Positions 24,170 through 35,329 of a stretch of DNA of 35,519 nucleotides are shown one piece after another (positions within the stretch are counted from its first letter, which is position 1; each line of letters opens with the position of its first letter). Source of the stretch: Pseudogymnoascus verrucosus (Eukaryota); the NCBI GenBank assembly GCA_001662655.1, contig KV460229.1; one strand, 5' to 3'. The notes under the pieces are model-generated. The model had not been told where the DNA came from and searched no databases. It saw nothing but the letters and a program-made list of their open reading frames with translations. Made by a program: the position numbers and the translations under genes.

Positions 24170-25575
24170 AATGGCCCCTAGTAGGAGCCATGGCAGGTGG
24201 CTTTTGCTATCTCTAAGCCTATTGCGTTGTGCTCTGCGTCGAGTGCCGGACGTGCCTCCTGCTCACCCGCGCCAGCCAGGAACGACACGTCAGAGAGCCA
24301 CCCTACCACATGAAGGGGCCTCAGCTGCGAACCCTGCCCAACCTCTTTGCGAAGTATGAGCTGCGGACGCCGAGCCAGGTCAAGCTACCCGACGCTCCTT
24401 GCGCGGCCATAGACGCCTTGCGCTCCTATCCGACCTTCGCGTGCTGCCTCTGCGGCAGCTGCCTCATCCGGTCGGACCACGCCCGGGAAATGCACATGTC
24501 TAGGGAGCACAAGCAGAAGCCGGCGCAGCAAATCGGGGGGGGGCTCGTGGCGGCGGTGCCCCGTGTAGACCTTCTTCGCCGAGAAGCAGCATATTCGGTA
24601 CTTCGTAGTAGTAGAAGTGGGATCCGACCACGACCAGGCGAGCGGCGATGGCAAAGCCAGTGCTCTAGAACCTAGGGAGCAGGAGTTCTTTGAGCTGCTC
24701 GATGAGGACACGGCCGTAGCAGAGCTAGATGGGAAGGCAGAGGCCAACATCGTCCATGGCTTCGGCAGCCACAGGTTCGCTGTAGAGCCGTGGCTCAGGC
24801 GAACGGGCATAGAGGAGCACACGCGGGGCTTGAGGAAGAACGAGATCCACGCCTTGATCGCAGTGCCGAAGAGCCCGTGCTCGAGGGCATGGACGAGATC
24901 CTGTCCGAGGCGCACGGGTGGTGCTTCGACGGGCCGGAGTGCATGCTGACCTGGCTACGGCAGCTGGCGTTGAGCCGCTTCCACACCGCCTCTACGGACA
25001 AGGCGCGGGGGTTCGACCTCTCAAGAAGAGCCCGTGACGCTCAAGACCAACTTTGGATACTGGAAGCAGTTTCTGACCTACTTCTACCGCATCACATATT
25101 GTGGTGGCCACTTTACCAGAGAAGGCGAGCACTGGCGGACGCCTGAAGATTGCATCTAGCTCACGGATTTGCAGACGAGGCATGGAAGGCAACCTTGCGG
25201 AGTTCTGTCGACAAAGACCGGCCTGCGCCGAAAGACGCCCTGTCAGTCCTTTCGATGGCGCTGGTCTGCCACGAACCTGGGGGCAACCGCTCCAGCTCTC
25301 CGCTCTTGAGCTTGATCGCGATGCTGAGCATTAAGCCTCGCACCAAGACGTGGAAGGAGCCGGGGAACTTGAACAGCTGCCTGTCCGGTCTGATCTGGGT
25401 TGTACAGCTGCTGATCTTCGCTGCAAGCGTCTACCTTGAGAAGTCGGACGCGGGAGGAACCCTAGAGTGGATCGAGGGGTTCTGTGAGAAGTTCCCAAGG
25501 CCAGACACAGAGACTCCCATGGGCGAGATCCTAGGCTAGCACCTGCTGCTGTTCACGGTGTCGAAGAAGGCCGTT
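24170..25575 (+). mobile_element. DUF3505 (OrsD-like) / RecQ-helicase-associated repetitive gene fragment, frameshifted and truncated
   Basis: LLCVECRTCL..RHVREPPYH, CCLC..HMSREH, TFFAEKQHIRYFVV, PWLRRTG and SPLLSLIAML..W.EPGN..SCLSGLIW..QLL. GC-rich island with several frameshifts. No helicase domain in the window. Confidence 0.65.
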
Positions 25576-25772
25576 GGGTTGCAGAATTGTCTGATTTAAC
25601 AGCTCCCAATACGATCGAGATCAAATAGTACTGTTATAATGGTAAAGTTGTAGATATCTCGTGGAAGTGGTGGGAAATGGCCATCTCGGTGTTAAAGTCT
25701 TAGCTTAGTATTGAAGCAAAATAGTGATGACGGCACACACTTTCTTCTACATAGCTCACATGATGTTAACAT

Positions 25773-26822
25773 CTAGAAGCCCCACTCTATCTCCATGAAG
25801 GCACCTGAACCCTTTCCCATCCACATTATTCCCTGCTTAGAATTGCTTTCATCCTGGAGCCACGTCTTCCAATAATCTACATCACGCGGAATAATATCTG
25901 TCCTTCGAAACGTCCCGTATAACTGGTCCCAGCCGCGGAAGAATAGGGCATAATTGCATCTGCGATGAGAGTGACTAGAACATTGGTTAGATAAGACATA
26001 GCATTATACAGAAGTAGGATATTAATAATAGGGAGAACATACTGTGTTTGGTGGTTGCTCGCCGTTAACATGTGTTTTCCCAGAACCAAAACGAGTGGTA
26101 CAATGAGAGGATGAAAGTAAGCGATATAGGGGCTCGACTTGTACCCTCCGTGCCCCACAAGAGTAGTGTATCCGGTCAATGTGAATGGTAATAGCCAATT
26201 CCACACGTTCCCCCCGGCAAACCAAGTCCAGCATACCCAAGGTAAGCCGACCTGAATAAAATTTTCCGATATCTCGGCATATGTAACTGCAAAGACGTTC
26301 ATGGCGTGGGTGTAGTCATGATGCATGACATGAAAGGTTTCATATAAACGATGCGACTTGTGGAACCGTAGGTGGACGTGAAAAAAGTACGCACCGTGAC
26401 AAAACATATAGAGTAAGATATTGCCATATATCGCGAGGGGATTGAAACTCCAGCTCCTCTCTATATCTTCTTGAAAGTATGTAGCATAGAATGCAACTGG
26501 ACCAGTAAAAGAAAGTGTGTTGAGGAAAGCCCTAGATCGGATTAATGAATACGGTGGCTAGATACAGTAAGGAGGTTAAGATATTACCATGAAATATTGC
26601 GGTTCCTAGGCAATGGAAAATATCGTAACAACTTTCCCCTCAGGTACAGCCATTTAGTCCACTGGAATAAGCTCTCGGAATATAGAATCGCGGCCACTGA
26701 TGCTAGATTTGCAATCTAGATCTTTCATTTAGCCTAACCGAGAGCGAAAGACGGATCAAGCGTTAACATACCCCAATTGCTCGAAGGAATGGCGACCAAA
26801 TCAATAGACCTTGTAGCTCCAT
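25773..26822 (-). CDS. Fatty acid hydroxylase / sterol desaturase superfamily di-iron enzyme, 4 exons
   Basis: Spliced model MELQGLLIWSPFLRAIG|IANLAS...NISW|AFLNT... has His boxes HLRFH, HVMHH, GHGG and HQTHH (across the last intron), then NY..FF..WD.LYGT. No internal stops seen. Confidence 0.88.
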
Positions 26823-27783
26823 GAGAAGCTTCACTAAGGCCGGCCACATTCAACGTAAGGTTATACAGAGATATCGGAGAATTGGAAGATATTTTAGGCC
26901 TCAGAAAACTTCTGGTGCTGGTTAGACTTCAATAGCTAAATTGATGCTCTCGAGAAGTAGTATTTATTCATAATAGAATAGCTAAAAATAAAGTGCGAGG
27001 AACGGATGTACCGAGATCAGAATACGAGTACAGTTTACGATACGTCTCATCTCAACCGTAATCTCACGAGGTTTGTTGCCAGCAGGATAAGGGTCCACAT
27101 ATCTGCCAAAAACAAAAGGGGGGAGGAGCTCTAGGCTCAAATCCGTCGCATTTAATAAGCAACGATAGGTTGACCCCATTTTATCAGCGCGTTGTCATCG
27201 CATCATGATCTTATTTGGTATTTCATGGAAATTTTGCAGCCCGGACTAGCGTGCCTCGTATTTATGGAGGCAGTTCTCGCATTTCATCCCGAAACGGGAA
27301 GTTTTCGCGGCCATCTCATTAGACACCGCTCGACCCTCTACTCGGCCTCAGATCTTCAACTTCATTGATGCGACATCCAAACCCATCGATGCGACCATCC
27401 ATCCCCGAAAGGGATATGACTTCGCAAGGGTGCTTCTCGCTTTCATAGTTCAACGAGTACAATACCAAATACAGACTCTGTCCCGCTCAGCTTACTGTAC
27501 CTCCCGGCCCACTCACGCATTCTGCTGTACGATTACCTTCTAGCGAGGCTGATCGTGGCTAAGTATTAGTAATTTCTCAATTGTAGAGGGCACAGCATAT
27601 TTTATTTTTGTGCATAGGTGTAGCAGTAGGTTTAATAGGCTTTTCTCAGACGAACTCATTGTTCTTGTGTTCCCAATATCCTTATTTCTAGAACTACATG
27701 TCCTCTCTAGTGTTAAAACGGAGCTCAGCAACAACAAATACCCTTCAACATTTTCACCACTTTCGGTGTCCCACCAGTACACA

Positions 27784-29612
27784 ATGACGCTCGGAGAAGA
27801 AGACAAAATTAGTCACGCATTGATTTCTTCTCAAAGAGGTATCTGCTACACGGAAGACGAGGCACCCGAAATTGAAACAACCACCAAAACCACCAGATTC
27901 TACATCTCTATTGCCGCTATCGTTGTCGCTTTATTTCTTGTTACCCTCGATCTTGTCATACTACCTGCATCCCTCCCTGCCATTGCCCAAGACCTCAAAG
28001 CAACAAGTAGCCAAGCATACTGGTGCGGGACTGGATATATCATCGCGCAAGCAGCGTCACAGCCCATCTTCGGCACCATCTCTGTAATAAGTGGCCGGAA
28101 GCTAATGCTCCAGATATCTCTACTAATATTCATGGTTGCGAGCATTATGTGTGCGAGGGCACAGAGCATAGAGTGGCTTATTGGCACAAGGGTTGTGAGT
28201 AAAGCGACAGGTCCAACGAAATGAAATATACTAACTTGACAGATGCAAGGCCTCGGTGGTGGAGGCATAACGACACTGACAATTATGGTCGTCACTGATC
28301 TGACAAGTTTGCAAGAACGATCAAAATGGATGTCTATTCTGTCCCTATCATATGCATTTGGGAACGTTGGGCTTGTGCTGGGGGCGGCCATTACGGAGTT
28401 CACGACATGGAGGTGGTACGTCAACTCCTCAGTGCTTGTTTACCTAATCCAGGGTGTGGAACATGACTGACAAGTAACACAGGGTATACTACATCAACAT
28501 CCCAGTCTGTGTGATCCTTCTTGCGGTGCTGCAGTTATCGTTGCATCTCCAACCCAAAATTGAAAACCATCATAATGGGCTATTAAAATTCGATTGGGCT
28601 GGCATCGCTATTTTGGGTGGCTCAGCTTCAACCCTTCTATTAGGTCTGTTGAGTGGAGGAGTATCACATCCGTGGTCTTCTGCCGCCATCATCGCTCCCC
28701 TAGTTATTGGCGTGATTGGCCTGGTATGCTTTGCCATCGTGGAATATTTCGCGCCAATGCCAATGTTCCCACGTGAACTGCTCAAAAGTCGAACTTTTAA
28801 TGCGACTTCCTTGATATCCTTCGTTGGTGGCTACGCAGTGACCTCTTTGGCCTTTTTCCTCATCGTTTACGTGAGTCTTCTGTTATGAATACCTCCGGCG
28901 AACCGTACAGATATCTGTTTGATGTGGCGTTCTAATATCAATATAGTTTCATGGCGCAGCTGGATATGGCGTAATCCACTCTGCTGTTGCAGTGCTCCCA
29001 ACGATCATCCTTGTCCCAGCGGGTGGCATCATCGGCGGCGTCATAATAACAAAATCAGGAGATTATCGAGGCCCATTATATTTTGGATGTGCTGCAGTGA
29101 CTGCAGGAATGAGTTCATTGACTGTATTAAGTCCTCTATCTTCTGTGGGCCTCCAAACGGGCCTCCAGATTCCTATTGGCATTGGGCTCGGTTTTATTTA
29201 TATCGCGTCCAATATTGCGCCACAAGCAACTCTACCAAGCCATCTACATGCTGTGAGCGTGAATCAAATCACATTCACACGAGTGATGGGCCAGGCATTT
29301 GGCATTGCCATCGGTGGAGCCATCTTCCAGAATCAATTCGATAACTACGTTAACAACCACGTACGAGACGGGTCCCTGTCAGACGGGTTTAGAGTCCGAG
29401 GCAAAGATGCGGAGCTGGCTTTTACACGCATAGACCAGTTTCCGCAGCAAGTTTCTGACGTATATAGTGCTATCTATTGCGATTCCCTACGAGCTGTTTG
29501 GTTTACAGGAATGGCGCTATCTGCCGTTGCACTTCTGTGCTGTTTCTCAACCCAGAAAGCCTCGCTCGGGAGGGACCTGACGGCTAATCGGAGATTGCCT
29601 TCGAGTAAATAG
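27784..29612 (+). CDS. MFS drug:H+ antiporter (14-TMS, DHA2 type), 4 exons
   Basis: LFLVTLD..I...LPAIAQDL, W.GTGY, GRK, RV|MQGLGGGG, DLTSLQER, WRW|VYYINIP, DWAG and R.MGQAFGIAIGGAIFQN. Confidence 0.92.
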
Positions 29613-29846
29613 CTGCTGAAAGCCTTCGACGTATATTTGCCCTGTCTTATGCACAGGAGTATGGTGTTTCAGCCAAGAGTTTGTGTTAATAGAACATAGA
29701 CATAGACAATACCTATTAACTGCATAAGCAAGGCTCAACGAATTCTGTTGCATATTATCACTTTTCAACCTAGACGGGGCGTATTAAACTAAGGTATTAA
29801 ACTGGAATCCATTATTCTCAGAAAGCTTCTCAAGCCCCTAAAGAGG

Positions 29847-31384
29847 CTAAATTTTACTATTGATAGCATAGAGCTTCTTCTGGGTAGGATTGTATCTAAA
29901 TAAACCCAGAAATATATCACCAGAAGTTTCCTCAGTAGCAGGTGACCAGCATCGATTCGCATTATCTGCCATAGCGTTCAAAAATGCAGACATCTTCATG
30001 CAATGAGTGTTAGCGAATGTTAACTTCTAATCCTTTTATTCCGGTTAACAAGAGCGTACCTGTTTTGTAACCCATTGGGTGCCGCTAGTCTCATGCCAGC
30101 CTATATGGCCACCCATCGTTGTTGTACAGAGAACAGCGAATGGGTTGACCTCAAATGCGTCGAATGGGATGCATTCAGGAGGGACAATCTGTTTCATGTC
30201 GGCCGTCAGTTGAAGTGGAACCCGGCGCTATTTCATCTTTAATCAACTTACAGGGTCATCCAACGCATTCAATGCAAGTAATGGCGTCTTTACAGCCAGC
30301 AAGGCATCACAGCAAGACCCGTCACGATAGTATGCACCTGGAGTCGGATATCCAGATGCTGGGGCAAGGAACAGCTTGTCAAATTCGCGTATATCAGCCG
30401 CATTTTTTACTCTCTCGACATCAATGTCGGTATATTTAGAGATTTCAGCAAGGTGCCTGCTAACCGTTATCATGCAATCTCTACAACGTAGACGAGATAC
30501 GAAATCATACTCTTTCACATATTTCTTATATCCAGTAACAACGGCACGAGAATATACTTCTCTGCCCATGCATCCGCGCCTCATAGCCATCGAGGATAAT
30601 TCAAGGGTCCAAGGATTTGAAAAGACAATGGCAGCCTTAAATGGAGAATTAGAACCCTCCTCGGCGAGATACTGCAGAAGTCATGTTAGCAGTCGTCCCT
30701 ACTGGCTAAGTAGACGGCACACTTTTACATTTGTTAAGAGATTAGCGCCCAACGAAATTCCCGCTGCGAAGAGTGGCCTGTTGGGGAACTTCTCCCCTAG
30801 CCAATTGGCAGTCTGTCGCAGGTCCCATGTCGCGCGGCCATTGTACATGAGTTGACTTGAGATTTTGGATCTAGCACAACCTCTCGAGTTAACCACGCAA
30901 GCCTCCCAGTTTCTCTCGCCCTTGCCATTTTGGGCGATAAGAGTCGCGATCATCTCTCGGATAAAGGACTCGTGCGAGCCTCCGGACACTCCATGCAGAA
31001 CAACAAGCATTGGCCTGTGATCTGTGGATGTTAACTTATCCAGTTCAACATCGGTTAGGAGGGTTGTCCTCTTGGGCAGCGCGGATCTCCCTCGTCGACG
31101 TTTCTGTCTGCCACAAAATCTACGGCAAAACTTCCATTGTCGTCTTCCCCATCTGCAATAAAGATCTTACGCTTGTAGTATATTGGAAAATCATTTCGCA
31201 TAGCGTTAGTCCAAATTGTTTGCATGTGACCGTTAAACAGAAACGGATTAAGAGTGCATCGCTGTGTGACGGACTTGCAGAGATCGGGAAATGAGATAGA
31301 AGTCCGAGCCGAGCCGTCCTGTGTCGCTATGAGAGATGTAGAGGAGTGATGGAAAACAGTTTTGGCATAGCCGAACCACTCCAT
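29847..31384 (-). pseudogene. Eht1/Eeb1-like alpha/beta hydrolase (acyl-CoA:alcohol acyltransferase/esterase) with one apparent frameshift
   Basis: LNPFLFNGHMQT, LHGVSGGSHE, NSRGCA, GISLG (Ser), ALDDP (Asp) and GGHIGW (His). One base is missing at about 31081 (DP-x-LPKRT); otherwise the frame is open. Confidence 0.85.
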
Positions 31385-31586
31385 TTTTGGAGACTCGAGG
31401 ATAATGGGGGCTATTGTCGTGGCGGAAGGGGAAGTCAAGGCTGATGTAATTAATGAGTTAAATGCAATATGCGATTCAAAGGATATCCCATAGGTAATAT
31501 TCAAGACGACCCTAATAGCAAGTAAAGAACCTCTAGATTCGGTTCAAATTGCGAGGCGATTCGATTTGGCAGCACCGAGGTAAAAT

Positions 31587-31885
31587 TATAGCGCTTACTG
31601 AGAACTAACTACTCCCCCCCCCCCCCCCTTTTGAAATAGGCAATTGATCTGCTGAAGATCAATTGCGTTTTGGGCAACGAGGGAGTAGTTCGTCTTCATA
31701 TTCACAGTGCTTAGGGCTAGTATCGCGTAGACTAAGTATTGTCAGCATGGAATTAAGAGTTGCGTCAGCGCAATCTCCTTATTAAATAAGATCACAATTT
31801 CATTAAGTAGAACATTCGATTACAATATCACGACGATACAGATTTACAGGGTCTCGCGCATCCCCCATTGCAAATCATTTTTCCT
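31587..31885 (-). repeat. Dispersed repeat copy C (upstream of the hydrolase)
   Basis: Shares the core TATAGCGCTTACTGAGAACTAACTACT..AAATAGGCAATTGATC..ATTCAC with A and B, a 66-bp block with A only, and a ~105-bp block with B only. Confidence 0.92.
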
Positions 31886-31886
31886 A

Positions 31887-32645
31887 CACAGTGGCTTAAT
31901 AGTTTCCCAACCTTTGACCCTCGTCTCTCCGGCCAAGACCAATCTAATTTAGATGAACTATTTGATTTAGATGGTTTGGACAACTTGATTTGGATGTCTT
32001 ATATGTTACTATTTTCGGAGACTACACGGGCTTTATACACACCGAGATGTCATCGGCACCACGGCGAACGATCCAGAGTTCTCACGTCTAAAAGATCTGC
32101 CAGTCCAATGTGAAAGTGATGGTCTTACCAATCTTTTTCTCTACTATCGCACTGTAGCTGAAACACCTCTGTCATCCCTTTATCACACGCAAGCATTATG
32201 ACAGCTTGATGCGAAGTAATTGAAAGGATAGAGGTCTCCGTTTTCGCCAAAACCTGACAAGTAACCTTAGTACATCCACCACGAAGTGTGTCGCAAGTGA
32301 AGGCAATATAAATCAATTCTCTACACGCAAAACTTGCGTGAGATGCCGAGTCGACCGAGCTGGGGGGAAGGCTTCGCGCGAGCCACAGGCTGGCACCAAA
32401 GCCGGATGACAATCAATCCGGACAGTTGTTAAAAGTCGCGAGGACCGTGGATTCTATGAACACCATGGACTCTTCACCACCACTAGAGAATGGCGACTGG
32501 CCTACGCCATCAAGAGGCACGTTGCGTACACTCCGAAAGCATACTGACTACTCAATACGACAAATTGCGCAACGGTGGTATCCCAAAGTCGACTGTCTTC
32601 GACTATCTCTCTGTGCATACCTCACGAAGAGCTACGAAACATGAA
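31887..32645 (+). mobile_element. Probable Tc1/mariner-like 5' remnant (HTH fragment)
   Basis: Begins after a TA exactly where repeat C stops (TA|CACAGTGG). 32465-32645 reads TPSR..RTLRKHTDYSIRQIA, then after a frameshift GIPKSTVFDYL...SRR, a transposase N-terminal HTH. No DDE domain. Confidence 0.5.
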
Positions 32646-32703
32646 ACCGTTGCAAGCTGAGAGACACATTACAAATACTGCGGTTCATGGACTTTGAATA
32701 GAC

Positions 32704-32991
32704 TTGAAGAAGCGATTTTGGGATCCACCATGGCCAAGCCCAATAAAGTTGTCGTCCTCCGATTGGAGGGAGAGTTGTTTTAACCAAATCTGTGCTATTG
32801 TAGGCGAGGTCTTCAAAGGCGCCGCGCGAACACATTTTCAAATGCTTCCGAATACTTTTGAACTATACGGCCTAGACTTCTTGATTAATAGTAACGGGGG
32901 CGCCTGGTTATTAGAAGTAAACGGCAGCCCCTCCTTCGAACGACATAGCTACACATTAGATAAATTAGTAGAAGAGCTTTTTTGCAAATAA
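32704..32991 (+). pseudogene. C-terminal fragment of a tubulin-tyrosine-ligase-like ATP-grasp domain
   Basis: HFQMLPNTFELYGLDFLINSNGGAWLLEVNGSPSF matches the TTL FE..G.DF...WLLEVN..P motif. The N-terminal part is missing. Confidence 0.75.
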
Positions 32992-33267
32992 TGTTGTTCT
33001 CTACCACGCGCTAATCCCGGAGCCGAGGCATGATTTGCGATTTGTTGCCCTAGTTCTTTAAAACAGATATCAATTACGTAGAGACTTCGAAAGCGCATCT
33101 GCGGGTCCGAACTGTTATATCCCCAATCATCCCTGCACTGCTAACCAACGGACTACATATGTGCCATTGAAAGAGAGAACCTGCTGTATATAAGGACCTG
33201 GCCCTTGGTGCATTACAGACAAAATTAATCAATAATCCGAAAATCAAATTTCGTCATCAAAAGCAAC

Positions 33268-34602
33268 ATGGGTCAATCAACCTACCAGTCCGTCGTCCTT
33301 GCCAAACGTCCCACATCTCTCATCGTCCCCGGCGAGACGTTTACTATGAAGGAGCATGAAATTGTAAAGGCCGAAGATCTGAAGGATGGCGAAGTCCTCG
33401 TTGACACGCTATACCTTAGCGTCGACCCCGCCATGAGGGGCTGGTTGAACGGTAACCACCCACTACGTGACACTTCCCGTTTTTAATCATGCCTCTAACA
33501 TTCTTCGCAGACACACGATCCTACGTCCCTCCGTTGAAAATTGGCGAAACAATGCGCGGCGCCGTGATCGCGAAGGTGGTTGTCTCGAAGTCCTCAAAGT
33601 TCTCCGCAGGCGACTACGTGACGTGCTACACAGGCTGGAGGGAGCAGGCGGTCGCAAAGGAGAAGGACCTCATGCCGCTTGAGGTCCCGGCTAACGGACA
33701 GCTCACTGATGCGTTAGGAGCTCTAGGCACGACTGGCCTAACGGCGTACTTTGGCATCATCAATATTGGGAAGGTCAAGGCTGGCGACTTTGTCGTTGTC
33801 TCAGGCGCGGCAGGAGCGACGGGGAGTGTTGTGTGCCAGATTGCAAAGTTGAAGGGAGCTAAGGTCCTAGGTCTTGTAGGGAGCGATGATAAGGTAGAGT
33901 GGCTAAAGGAGCTTGGCTGTGATAGGGCGCTTAACTACAAGGACCCGAACTTCCCCACTCAGTTCAAGGAGGCAACGAAGGACTTGATCGACGTTTTCTT
34001 CGACAACGTAGGAGGAGAGATCCTTGAATTAGCTCTGTCCAGAGCTAAGGCTCACTCTAGATTTGTTATGTGTGGTTGTAAGTGTTCCACCGTTCTGCGA
34101 GGGGAGGGAGGGATTTTCTAACATTGTGACAGCTATCAGCCAGTACAACAGCGCAAATCCGACAGGACCAAAGGTTGTTTTGCGAAATCATAACTCTCCC
34201 AACCTTCCTTCAAGACTAACCCACCCGTAGAATATCTCCATGATCATCGTGATGCGCATCCGGTGGGTACCCTCCTATTCTCACAGATAAAGTCACAGCT
34301 AACTGTTCCCCATAGAATGGAAGGGTTCATCGTCTACGACTATGCTAATGAGTTCCCGGCTGCGCGTAAGGAACTCGCACAGTGGCTCTCAGAGGGCAAC
34401 TTGCAGCGCAAGGAGACAATCATCAAGGGAGGACTTGGCGCCGCTGAGAAGGCGCTACTTGCTTTATACGAGGGACTCAACACCGGTACGTGCATCCTGT
34501 TTATATTCAAGCTTGAACTATGCAGCTAACTTCTGTGTCTGTGTAGGGAAATTACTCGTTGAAGTTAAGGCAGTGAACGCTAGTGCTGGGTTGAGGCTGT
34601 AA
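33268..34602 (+). CDS. NADP-dependent oxidoreductase / ene-reductase (MDR, prostaglandin reductase-like), multi-exon
   Basis: YLSVDPAMRGWLN|DTRSYVPP, GLTAYFG, VSGAAGATGSVVCQIAKLKGA, FFDNVGG, ISQYN, MEGFIV, L..G.NTG|KLLVEV. TATATAAG at about 33187. Confidence 0.92.
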
Positions 34603-35329
34603 GCAGGACTCCTGGCTATGGCATTAATTGCACAGGATGCTGAGATATCGCTGTAGGGGAACTGTCTGAGGTCAAAGAAGGCAACCGGCGAGGGAAATCG
34701 TCGCAGGAGAATGAATGGACGACAGCAGGGCGAGCTAGATCAGTGAGAAGGGTAAGCAGACGCAAGACATAAAAAGCAAAACTGTCCCTTTCATATTACA
34801 CGGTTATCCATTTATAACATGGAAAGCTCTTGTGAAAGTGAGTGCTCCTAACTTAATTAAAAGTACAATAGTTAACTAAGTTATCTTATTTCTTTATGTG
34901 AAAGCTTTATAAAAACCACACTATAGAGTACGATTTAGTCTCTCTTCCAAGCGCTCAACGCCGCATGCCACGTTATAACCATATCAATGTGGAAAACCAA
35001 GTTATATTCTCTAGTATAACTATTCCGTACAAGGCGTACTATTTGTTTCAGCCAGGACATAAAATTAACTTGGTACAGGCCCCTCCAATATAACAAAGCT
35101 CAAAAGCTAATATTAGCAACAGCGGCTAGCCGCATACCCCTAGCGGATGATACAGAGCACTGTTTAGCTAGTATATCGTCCTTAGGTATCGTCCCCCGCT
35201 CTCGTTGGCATAGCAGTTGAGCGGCTCAGCACCCGCACCACAACTTCCACGCTGCGTCGAGGCATACGCAAATCCACAACAATCCGAAGCCTTCGAATTC
35301 CCAATACAAACATTGCCGTCGCCCGAAGG

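Noticed and set aside
27363..27405. Two-unit ~21-bp imperfect tandem repeat (CATYGATGCGAC..ATCCA) in the desaturase/MFS divergent promoter
   Set aside because: Only two units and not noticed elsewhere in the window; a local duplication explains it.
27900..28424. 174-aa minus-strand ORF
   Set aside because: Antisense to MFS exons.
31614..31628. C15 run as a polypurine tract or G-quadruplex signal
   Set aside because: It is a slippage expansion of the shorter run in copies A and B and is not followed by a TG LTR start.
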